Position numbers and translations under genes: made by a program | Notes under the pieces: model-generated | Databases searched by the model: none | What the model saw: only the letters and a program-made list of their open reading frames with translations | Told to the model about the DNA's origin: nothing | Shown: one piece after another, positions 18,014 through 25,411 of the stretch | Numbering within the stretch: the first letter of the stretch is position 1 | Layout of the letters: each line of letters opens with the position of its first letter | Virus record (IMG/VR): IMGVR_UViG_3300037634_001513 | Coordinates: 1-25,411 of that record | DNA from: a virus | Lineage: Duplodnaviria; Caudoviricetes | DNA: 25,411 nucleotides | Direction: 5' to 3' (one strand)

Positions 18014-19699
18014 TTACACGTCACTTGTTCTAATTGCTGTTGCACTTCCCCCAGCGTTACCAAGTGTTCCTGTTGTTTCAAATGTTTTAATAGGTGATGC
18101 TCCACCGTCTCTTACACGAATAAATAGTGTTCTGTCACTACTATAAACTGATGTGAAACTTTCGCTAGTGCTTCCTGCAACTGTGTCGATGTAAGATACA
18201 AAAGCATCGTTTCCAGATGTTACATTATCAGAGCTGAAATCTGTTGATGTAATGGTGAAATTTGCACCACTGTATGAAGAATATACTATACGTGAAAACG
18301 TACCGCTGTCGCGCTGGACGCGGATTGTTCCAGAACTAGGTGTGTCCGTAGGAATTGTTGTGCTTACTGTAAGTGTTGTTACAGCAGCTCCACTAAGTGT
18401 ACCGCTTGTAGAAAGCTGGTCAGTGTCAAGACCACCACTACCGTCTTCTGGACCAACGAGGATACGATCCTCACCAGACACAACACCAGATACACTAAAT
18501 GTAACATTGTTAGGGGGTGTTACAGAAGTATTAGTAAGGTCAAATACAAGGTCAGACGCGGTTAAGTCATCTGCTCCTATACCTAAACCAAACGCACCAA
18601 TGATCGCAGAACCAGTTGAAACACCTACAAACGGTGTTGATACAGCACGTTCTATAACCGTTGTGTCCACAGCAACTGTTGCTGATGACGTACCTCCTGT
18701 AATTGTCTGACCATCTGTTGGTGCGACACCCGTTAGCAGCTGTATCCACATTTTAGTAGCTGCTGTTGTAGAATTAATAGCCAGCATCTGTCCTGTACCA
18801 CCAGACCAGCTTACAGCCTCGACCGCACTAAACGTACCGCTTGGTGTGTCTACATCAATCTCATGTGTGATACCACGAAATAGCTCACCATTTAGACCAT
18901 ACACAGTAGAAGATGAACCTTCACGAGTTAGCCATTTTAATCGTTCATAAAACTGATTTATTGATCGAGAACCAAATTCCCAGTCAGAATAATAAAACTC
19001 ATCTACGCCGTCTCCTGATGCGTCGATGCCTTTATAACCTTCTGTATTGGTAACATCTGTATATGTTGCTACTGTGCCAGCAGAAGTTTCATTGTTTAAG
19101 TCATCACTTTCTGTCAAGGCAACAACGTTAATTCCTCGTGATGTACCGTTAATCTTAAACTCACCATAAGTATTACCAAAGTTTCGCGATGTGAACACGA
19201 GGCGTCTTCCGTCTGTGTCAGCACCACCAGTACGAACTTTAATTAAGAACCTGTGCGATAGACCGTTAGAACTGTCAGAGTTAATCCCAAAACCTAAAGT
19301 ATCGGGGTCCTCGTTCCACCAATCGTCTGACAATACAGAACCATTTTGTATAATCTGGATGTTAGTAGATGCCCCAATAACAGAAAAGCCATCATAAATA
19401 ACATCTCCACCTTCTTGAATAATAGAGCCGTCATATAAATGTTCAGCCGCTGTATCATCAATATTAAAGCTATTTAACAGTGTAATAATGTTATCTGTAG
19501 AACGGTCAGAAGGGGTAGCATCTGTAATATCCAGCTCATCATCACCAGATGCAGAAGCGTCATCAGCAAAGTCTTGCAATGCTCTGTGCAGCTCAATGAC
19601 GGTTGCGTATGACGGCGATGCTCCACCGTGGTCGTCACCTATGTATCTAATGTTTCCGCTTGATCTTGTGATTGACCAGTCTGCTGATACAAATGTCAT
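18014..19699 (-). CDS. Putative virion structural protein (561 aa), beta-rich
   Basis: S/T/G/D-rich; AGGAG SD; C-terminus resembles that of the 716-aa neighbour. Confidence 0.65.
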   Translation of the reverse strand: MTFVSADWSITRSSGNIRYIGDDHGGASPSYATVIELHRALQDFADDASASGDDELDITDATPSDRSTDNIITLLNSFNIDDTAAEHLYDGSIIQEGGDVIYDGFSVIGASTNIQIIQNGSVLSDDWWNEDPDTLGFGINSDSSNGLSHRFLIKVRTGGADTDGRRLVFTSRNFGNTYGEFKINGTSRGINVVALTESDDLNNETSAGTVATYTDVTNTEGYKGIDASGDGVDEFYYSDWEFGSRSINQFYERLKWLTREGSSSTVYGLNGELFRGITHEIDVDTPSGTFSAVEAVSWSGGTGQMLAINSTTAATKMWIQLLTGVAPTDGQTITGGTSSATVAVDTTVIERAVSTPFVGVSTGSAIIGAFGLGIGADDLTASDLVFDLTNTSVTPPNNVTFSVSGVVSGEDRILVGPEDGSGGLDTDQLSTSGTLSGAAVTTLTVSTTIPTDTPSSGTIRVQRDSGTFSRIVYSSYSGANFTITSTDFSSDNVTSGNDAFVSYIDTVAGSTSESFTSVYSSDRTLFIRVRDGGASPIKTFETTGTLGNAGGSATAIRTSDV

Positions 19700-19701
19700 T
19701 T

Positions 19702-19890
19702 TTAACTCTCCTTACTACCCTTGTTTATTTGCGATTCTATGTAACGAATAACATGACGCTGCCCTTCTAAATGGGCGAGCGCGGCAACGTCCAAACCATT
19801 AGGCTGGGCTTTCCAGAGTTGTTGCAAATCTTTTAGTACAAGCTCACCTTGTTGGCTTGCAAACAATTGAGTGTAGTTTGATGCGTCCAT
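19702..19890 (-). CDS. Small portal-adjacent protein (Bbp19-like)
   Basis: Y..LF....G..VL.DL...EGQR.VI..I pattern and position directly after the portal; GGAGG SD. Confidence 0.7.
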   Translation of the reverse strand: MDASNYTQLFASQQGELVLKDLQQLWKAQPNGLDVAALAHLEGQRHVIRYIESQINKGSKES

Positions 19891-19891
19891 A

Positions 19892-21460
19892 TTAACCTCC
19901 CATATCAGACGGGTCCATCTGACCCTGTGCCATCTGTTGAGCTAGAGCCTGTTTAAGCTCGGCTTCTTGTTGTTCAGTAGGGACCAAGTCCGACGCTATG
20001 TTAAGCTTCTCTGCCATTGACCTAGCAAAAGCAAACGGGTCAATAATACCAGTCAAGGCTTGTGGTCCATACAGCTCTGCAATTGTTTGAGCAAAGCGAA
20101 TGTCACGTAGCACGTCTTCCTCCTCCTGCGCTTGAGCAAGTGGTGAGATTGGTTGTATAGCCAGCGTAGAACCGTCTACCTTAAAGTCACCCAAGTCAAT
20201 TAAACCTAGGTTGTCCAAAATATCTAACAGACGTTTAACTAGTGGTGAGATTAATTCATACTGTAGTTTACCGTATGCAGAACCAATACGTTTAGCTAGT
20301 TCTTGCTGGCGAAGAGAAACCTCAGTTGCAGTCTTAACAGGGAGATTAACATCACCTAAAGGATCGCCAAACAACATACGCTTGATCTGCACTTGTTGGT
20401 TTTCAATGATTAGCTGTGCTAAGTTAGGATTACCTGCTGTCTGCAATGGAGCAAGAGTTGCACCTTGCACCTGTGAGCCATTACTTGTCACAGGAATAAG
20501 AGCGCCACCACCTAGCTTAATGTTGTCAAGATTGACAATGCCGTCATCTGCGACCGTATACATACCAAGCGTGGCTATAGATGCCGCTTGTAGCAGTATC
20601 TTAACTTGTTCGTTCAATGTTTTTATCGCAGGTAGTGCAGTTAATGCAGGACCTCGTCCATATATCTCACCGGGAAGGTTGGACCATCTGAAGACAATCC
20701 AAGGTGAGGAACGCATAGAACGCTCTACGATTATCTCTTTAGTAGACTCTTCTAAGACGTAATATTTGTATCCGTCCATATCAACTAAATCATCAGCAGC
20801 CCTATCGTACAACTTAACCTTCTCAGGAATAGTCGCCTCGATGAACTTCATTTCTTTATCAGGAGTCTCTCTTACAATCTCCGCTATCTCTTTACCAAAT
20901 TTTGCATCAGGCCATTGCTTGTCAATATTACGAGCTGATAAACAAAACTTACGATACGCTGTCTCAATACGACCATAAGCTCCCTCTTCTAAGTAGAGCT
21001 GACTAAGCGGTACATTAACAAAATTAAACGGCTGTGCTTGGTCACCTTCAAATACAAGCAAAGCACCAGTACCAAAGAACAGGTCATGATAACTCTCTAC
21101 GATCTGTGTATCAAAGTTTGAGTTATGCAGATGGCTAAACATAACCTCAGTTATCTTTTCCAAAGCTTTGTCTAAATCGGGATTACTCTCTATACCAGCG
21201 CCTGTTGTAAGCTCTACAAAACGCTTCATAGGTGGTGTTAATGATGAATGGAGGTTTGATACTCCTGATGCTACAGCGTCTTGTGCAGTAGAGTCAAACA
21301 CTACTTGCGCACCGTTCTTCTCCTGACCTTTGGTTTCCTCGTAGAATGTTTCTCTGTTAGGAGCAGCATATTCCTGTGCGTCACGATAAAGCTCTGTCCA
21401 ATGGTCCTTACGGCCCTGCGCTTGCTGGAAGCGTTTGAAAATCTCTTCTGACTTACTCAT
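19892..21460 (-). CDS. Portal (head-to-tail connector) protein
   Basis: FDSTA, DLFFGTGAL, PWIVFRW...GEIYGRGPA, KTATEV and ISPLAQAQ motifs of T7 gp8/BPP-1-type portals. Confidence 0.93.
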   Translation of the reverse strand: MSKSEEIFKRFQQAQGRKDHWTELYRDAQEYAAPNRETFYEETKGQEKNGAQVVFDSTAQDAVASGVSNLHSSLTPPMKRFVELTTGAGIESNPDLDKALEKITEVMFSHLHNSNFDTQIVESYHDLFFGTGALLVFEGDQAQPFNFVNVPLSQLYLEEGAYGRIETAYRKFCLSARNIDKQWPDAKFGKEIAEIVRETPDKEMKFIEATIPEKVKLYDRAADDLVDMDGYKYYVLEESTKEIIVERSMRSSPWIVFRWSNLPGEIYGRGPALTALPAIKTLNEQVKILLQAASIATLGMYTVADDGIVNLDNIKLGGGALIPVTSNGSQVQGATLAPLQTAGNPNLAQLIIENQQVQIKRMLFGDPLGDVNLPVKTATEVSLRQQELAKRIGSAYGKLQYELISPLVKRLLDILDNLGLIDLGDFKVDGSTLAIQPISPLAQAQEEEDVLRDIRFAQTIAELYGPQALTGIIDPFAFARSMAEKLNIASDLVPTEQQEAELKQALAQQMAQGQMDPSDMGG

Positions 21461-21464
21461 ATTA

Positions 21465-21782
21465 CTACTGCTTTTCTATTACGGCGATGTCAGTGTCTGA
21501 CTTGCCAATTTCTACTTCTCTGTAAGTTCCTGACCATAGAGGGCGTGAGTTAGTGTCTGCTGTTACCGTAGAATCACCAACTTCAAACTGGCAGTCTGCA
21601 TCGCATGTCATTACAACAAACCTTGTCGCAGAGTCCAATTCTACAGCTGTCTTAGCGGTTGATGAGCCAATAGTTACCTTGATTACTGGTTCCGTACCCA
21701 AAGGCTTAGAAGGTATTTGAGCCTCATTACCTTTACCGTCCTCAAGTATACTTGCGTACTGTTCAATATATAAAGTTGCCAT
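21465..21782 (-). CDS. Small all-beta protein (105 aa), paralogue of the C-domain of 15129-15854
   Basis: TAATG-coupled to the upstream ORF; colinear similarity to the 241-aa protein C-terminus. Confidence 0.7.
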   Translation of the reverse strand: MATLYIEQYASILEDGKGNEAQIPSKPLGTEPVIKVTIGSSTAKTAVELDSATRFVVMTCDADCQFEVGDSTVTADTNSRPLWSGTYREVEIGKSDTDIAVIEKQ

Positions 21783-22033
21783 TATCCTAGTGTTCCTTTC
21801 GTTCCTAGTTCACTCCCAGTTTTAATCAAGCTTGATCTTCCTGATGCCCTTCGTTGAGATGCAGATTGACCAGCTATACGAAGCTTACGGCTACGGTCAG
21901 CTTCTAACTGCGACTGAGCCTCTTGTGCAGCCAAATTTTTCTTCTGCTGCTCTAGTTGTTCTGATTGTTCCTTGGCTAACTTTTTCTGTTTAGCCTCAAG
22001 CCCTTTATTCCTCTTAGGCCTCATCTTACCCAT
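21782..22033 (-). CDS. Small basic virion-associated protein (83 aa)
   Basis: K/Q/E coiled coil ending RRASGRSSLI...GTLG, typical of the small ORF just upstream of portals in this phage type. Confidence 0.6.
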   Translation of the reverse strand: MGKMRPKRNKGLEAKQKKLAKEQSEQLEQQKKNLAAQEAQSQLEADRSRKLRIAGQSASQRRASGRSSLIKTGSELGTKGTLG

Positions 22034-22034
22034 A

Positions 22035-22520
22035 TTATTTCTCCGTGTTTAAAAAAAGATAAGCACCATCTTTTATTAGATTGTGCAGTAATTTTTTAGG
22101 TGTTATAGCTAAAGAAGCATATCCAGTAGCGCACTTGACTACAGTAACACAAGAAGGTATGAAATTGAAGAGGCTTTTATATCCGCGAATACAAGGAATG
22201 TACTGATGGCAGACAACTGTATGACCAGCTTCTGTTAACTCTAGTGCAGCAACAATTGCATCTAACTTAGGATATTCTTTTGTAGGGTATTTAATAGTAA
22301 ACTCTATCTTGTCATTATCAGGCTCTACGAACAAAAGGTAATCACCTACCTGCGTAAAAGCATAACAATGTTTTAAATTATCAGGATCGTTACGTGTGAA
22401 CCATCTTTTAATAAAAGATAAACGCTCAGAGTTTTCACAAAAACAAAAGAACCACTCACGGTAAGGCAGGTCTTTAGATGGAGAATCCTGTGTCAGCAAA
22501 GACGGTTGTTTTGTGGGCAT
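22035..22520 (-). CDS. Hypothetical protein, possible permuted papain-like (NlpC/P60-like) fold
   Basis: His (KHCY) precedes Cys (SCV), followed by ITP..L; likely start is ATG 22520 (GGAAGGA upstream), overlapping the terL 3' end. Confidence 0.45.
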   Translation of the reverse strand: MPTKQPSLLTQDSPSKDLPYREWFFCFCENSERLSFIKRWFTRNDPDNLKHCYAFTQVGDYLLFVEPDNDKIEFTIKYPTKEYPKLDAIVAALELTEAGHTVVCHQYIPCIRGYKSLFNFIPSCVTVVKCATGYASLAITPKKLLHNLIKDGAYLFLNTEK

Positions 22521-23964
22521 GTTTATTCCTTCCAAACATCTTGTTCATTTCTCCCATACCGCACAGAACATACTGTAAAGCATCCTGAACGTCTGAATAT
22601 CTGTTCTTCTCAGGCTTGTCATCATAGCGACCACCACCTGATGTATTCAGCTTACGGTAGCGATAACCACCGTTCATACCTCTACATAGTACCTTACATG
22701 AGGAATTAATCAATAAGGCTGGCTGTCCCTTGATGTTCCTCTCCAATGTGGCAATGACTGTTTCTACACGCTGTGGAATACGTAGACCCGGTGAAGGTTT
22801 AACGTGTATACCCTCAGCACGTAGTATATCAAAATAAGTTTGTTCGTCATTCTGGGAGGCCCAGCCACCAGCAGGGTCACCCCATATGTCAAAGTCATGA
22901 TTAGGGAACTTAATGCTCATCTCTTGCTTGATTAACCTAGCAAAGGCTACAGCACCCATACCCTCCTCAGCAGTAACGCATAATTCATGAAGAACCTGCA
23001 ACTGCCCTGTTAAAGTACGGTATATAAATACCGCAGCAGGGTGACGACCTGAAGCGTCTATCCCAACATAAATAGTACCGCCAGCAGGGGTTGTTATATC
23101 ATCCTTAGTTGAATGGATATCAGGGTTCCAGCTATCCTTGTAAACTGGAAGTCCGCTTTTAATAAAACCATAATTACCGTGGACGTAAACGTTTATCCAT
23201 TCTTGTGTCTTACCACCCAGCTGCTTAGTATAGTAATCTGTACCACCGGGCAGGTTGTCTATGTTCTCAGCATCCTTAGCCAAACCAGAAGGCTGCTTGT
23301 AGAATACCCAAGACATATTCTCAGCAATATCATTTGCATCTACTGGATTACCAAACTTATCTACAGCCCAAGCTTGTTCCTCAGCCATCTTAAACCACCA
23401 GTGGTCATCGGTAGGTGGGTTCGTATCCATAATGATACCACTCCACTTTGGCCATTGACTGTCTGGGACGTGCTCAGGCTTGTCCTTCTTCGGAGGGTAA
23501 CGACCAACCCGGCCTGTCGCGCCAGCGATAACCTCGTACTCCATTTCACGGGCCTCATTAAAAAATACTCCTGTTACCTCAAAAGACAGCAGTTTCTTAA
23601 CGTCTTCTGGTTTGTCTAACGCTAGAAAGATAACCTCTAGCTCAATATCACCCAGCTTTACCTTATGAGTAAATGGTGGCTTACGAGACATCTTACCAAA
23701 AACATGCTCCGGGAACCAGTCTAACCACGTCTTAATTGTAGTCGTTTCTAACTGAGGCTGTGTATTACGTGCGATAATCCAGCGTGAACGACGTATACCA
23801 TCAGTAGATGGCGTCTGCTCTTTAGCTCGCATGAATATTTCCCAGACCATCATCACAGACTTACCAGACCCAAACGGTCCCATAACACCACGCACGAACG
23901 CGTTAGACCTATGGAACTTCATAGCAGTATTAGAAGCTTTGTAATTAATTAGTTGATTAGACAT
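22474..23964 (-). CDS. terL: Terminase large subunit
   Basis: Walker A GPFGSGKS, Walker B-like VFFNEARE, coupling motif DTNPP, nuclease GID and SDVQDALQY; likely start is ATG 23964 (MSNQLIN). Confidence 0.93.
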   Translation of the reverse strand: MSNQLINYKASNTAMKFHRSNAFVRGVMGPFGSGKSVMMVWEIFMRAKEQTPSTDGIRRSRWIIARNTQPQLETTTIKTWLDWFPEHVFGKMSRKPPFTHKVKLGDIELEVIFLALDKPEDVKKLLSFEVTGVFFNEAREMEYEVIAGATGRVGRYPPKKDKPEHVPDSQWPKWSGIIMDTNPPTDDHWWFKMAEEQAWAVDKFGNPVDANDIAENMSWVFYKQPSGLAKDAENIDNLPGGTDYYTKQLGGKTQEWINVYVHGNYGFIKSGLPVYKDSWNPDIHSTKDDITTPAGGTIYVGIDASGRHPAAVFIYRTLTGQLQVLHELCVTAEEGMGAVAFARLIKQEMSIKFPNHDFDIWGDPAGGWASQNDEQTYFDILRAEGIHVKPSPGLRIPQRVETVIATLERNIKGQPALLINSSCKVLCRGMNGGYRYRKLNTSGGGRYDDKPEKNRYSDVQDALQYVLCGMGEMNKMFGRNKHAHKTTVFADTGFSI

Positions 23965-24115
23965 CTTTCTCAAGCCTTTCAAGTAAAGACCGCATATAAT
24001 CAAAGATTATCTCTGCGCGTTCATCTTCTGGTACGTCAGCAACATTTGTTAATACTCCTTCAACAAAGGCTGCACCATCGTCAGTAGTTTTTGTAATAGA
24101 TATGTTATATTTCAT
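23957..24115 (-). CDS. Hypothetical protein (52 aa, MKYNISIT...)
   Basis: ATG 24115 with AGGA upstream; overlaps both neighbours in the tightly packed operon. Confidence 0.55.
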   Translation of the reverse strand: MKYNISITKTTDDGAAFVEGVLTNVADVPEDERAEIIFDYMRSLLERLEKDV

Positions 24116-24281
24116 CGTCCTGCCCTTCTTGGAAAGTCCCACATGCTACACACTCCAAACCATCAGCTATGTGATAGTGAAACTCTGTAGAGCCACAATT
24201 ACACTGCCATATCAGTATTTCACGGTACTCCTCCTGATTAAACAGTATGGAGTTTTTAAAGGGTATTACGTTATCGTTCAT
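24105..24281 (-). CDS. Small zinc-ribbon-like protein (58 aa)
   Basis: Manual translation MNDNVIPFKNSILFNQEEYREILIWQCNCGSTEFHYHIADGLECVACGTFQEGQDDEI; CxCG...CxxCG; ATGA overlap with the terS stop. Absent from the ORF track. Confidence 0.7.
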   Translation of the reverse strand: MNDNVIPFKNSILFNQEEYREILIWQCNCGSTEFHYHIADGLECVACGTFQEGQDDEI

Positions 24282-24877
24282 TTCTTCTTCCCCTTCTTTG
24301 GTTTTTTCTCACCTGAGATTTTAACTTTCTTCTCATTCTCAGGATCATTCCCAAGATCAATGTTTATTATAACCTGTTCTTGGGCTGTGTCATTACCGTG
24401 GTTAAAATGTCCTACAGCCTTCAAGTAAGTCTCAGATGCTTTAACACGAGGGTTAGCCATCTTACTCCGTTCTACAGGATCGTCTATCTTGTGATAGTCT
24501 TCCTCCATCTCCTGCATTAACTTAATATGTTTAGCAGCAGCATGTTCAGCAGTCATCTTTCGATTAAGCTGCCAAACCATCTGTATCTCTTCTACTTCGC
24601 GCTTAACATTATCTTTATCCAGCATCTTATATATCTGGGGCTTGGTTAGTCCTGCTACAGCAACTACAGCATTAAGGTCAGCTTTACATTCAGCATAAGC
24701 ATCAAGGAAAGTTATCTCTTCTAAAGTCAGCCTGTTATACCCAGTATGCTCTACGTCTACTGTCGTATTACCAGCCTCATACTGGATAGGTACAAAAGCT
24801 GCCCCCTCGTTAGTTCGAGTTGCTTCAGCATCAGTTCCTTTGCTGCCCTTACGATATTTGTCAGTTGTTTTACTCAT
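24278..24877 (-). CDS. Putative terminase small subunit
   Basis: First gene of the late operon, upstream of terL; LT.....F...Y...A...AG HTH-like segment, helical core, C-terminal INIDLG and basic tail; AGGAG SD. Confidence 0.6.
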   Translation of the reverse strand: MSKTTDKYRKGSKGTDAEATRTNEGAAFVPIQYEAGNTTVDVEHTGYNRLTLEEITFLDAYAECKADLNAVVAVAGLTKPQIYKMLDKDNVKREVEEIQMVWQLNRKMTAEHAAAKHIKLMQEMEEDYHKIDDPVERSKMANPRVKASETYLKAVGHFNHGNDTAQEQVIINIDLGNDPENEKKVKISGEKKPKKGKKK

Positions 24878-24953
24878 AGGCCGTCTCCTAGTTAGAAGAC
24901 CATCTTAGCACTTAGACGCGCTTAGGGAAAGGGGCCGCGCCTGAGCTAGTATT

Positions 24954-24985
24954 TTATATGAGTTATAGGAATATATAAGACAAGC
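24954..24985 (-). promoter_or_regulatory. Putative late promoter GCTTGTCTT-N16-CATATAA upstream of terS
   Basis: Identical boxes and spacing to 14267-14298; about 75 nt upstream of the terS ATG. Confidence 0.7.
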
Positions 24986-25411
24986 GCGCGCTTCGCGGGG
25001 TACCCCCCCCTAAAACAAAAGACCCCCCACCCCCCTTAGTGTGTGATAACGTATATTACGACAAGTAAGGAATGACTACATAACAATGACTTGGCTATGG
25101 TCGACTAACAATATAACAAAAGGTTAATAGCTTATGTCCAACAATGCATGCATAAGGGGGGCAATGACCATAGGCTAGCTAGCCATACTATGCGCGCCAC
25201 GCGTGACATGTTTACAGATTAAACGTAACACCCTTAACAAAAGCCCCTCAAACATGCTATGCTTTACCAATAACTTAAGCGCCTGACTTATGACGCGCTA
25301 TATATGAGAGGCACATATGAAACAACCGCTGTACATTTACTATGTCGCACTGAGAACAGCTCAAGGCAAGCAACACACACATAAGATCATTGCTAAGACG
25401 CGCAGAGGTGC
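24982..25411. other. Non-coding region with G/C tracts, palindromes and IHF-like sites; candidate packaging-initiation/terminus region
   Basis: No ORF of 60 aa or more; AAGCGCGCGCTT, GGGGTACCCC, C8/C6/C6 tracts, several palindromes and GACGCGC copies; adjacent to terS. Confidence 0.45.

Noticed and set aside
23545-23575. Walker B of terL reads NE instead of DE
   Set aside because: The catalytic Glu is retained and all other motifs are intact; treated as a family variant, not inactivation.
25036-25411. AAC-containing non-coding stretch considered as a DGR template repeat (BPP-1-like phages carry DGRs)
   Set aside because: No matching variable repeat found in any gene end and no reverse transcriptase in the window.
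1-25411. tRNA, rRNA, CRISPR array, integrase or IS element
   Set aside because: No cloverleaf, regularly spaced repeat-spacer array or recombinase/transposase motif recognised.

Overview
The window holds most of the virion-morphogenesis arm of a tailed dsDNA phage with podovirus-type (T7/BPP-1-like) structural genes, almost all on the minus strand. Reading from right to left: a non-coding control/putative packaging region (24878-25411), probable terminase small subunit, two small ORFs (one a zinc-ribbon ORF missing from the ORF track), terminase large subunit, small accessory ORFs, portal, a ~4.6 kb three-gene insert of beta-rich proteins, scaffold, major capsid, small head protein, tail tubular proteins A and B, three internal virion (ejection) proteins, a tail fibre, two holin-like ORFs flanking a PD-(D/E)XK endonuclease, and a lectin-SGNH/SASA esterase. 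At the left edge a plus-strand arm (pentapeptide-repeat fragment and two small ORFs) converges on it. Main observations: (1) an apparent multi-protein appendage module whose members share domains with each other and with a 105-aa ORF beside the portal; (2) an in-frame TAA splitting the first ejection-protein gene; (3) an identical bipartite promoter-like motif (GCTTGTCTT-N16-CATATAA) upstream of both terS and the capsid gene; (4) a three-hairpin capsid leader with a repeated GGAAUACC internal loop. All family assignments come from motif recognition and gene order, not database searches.
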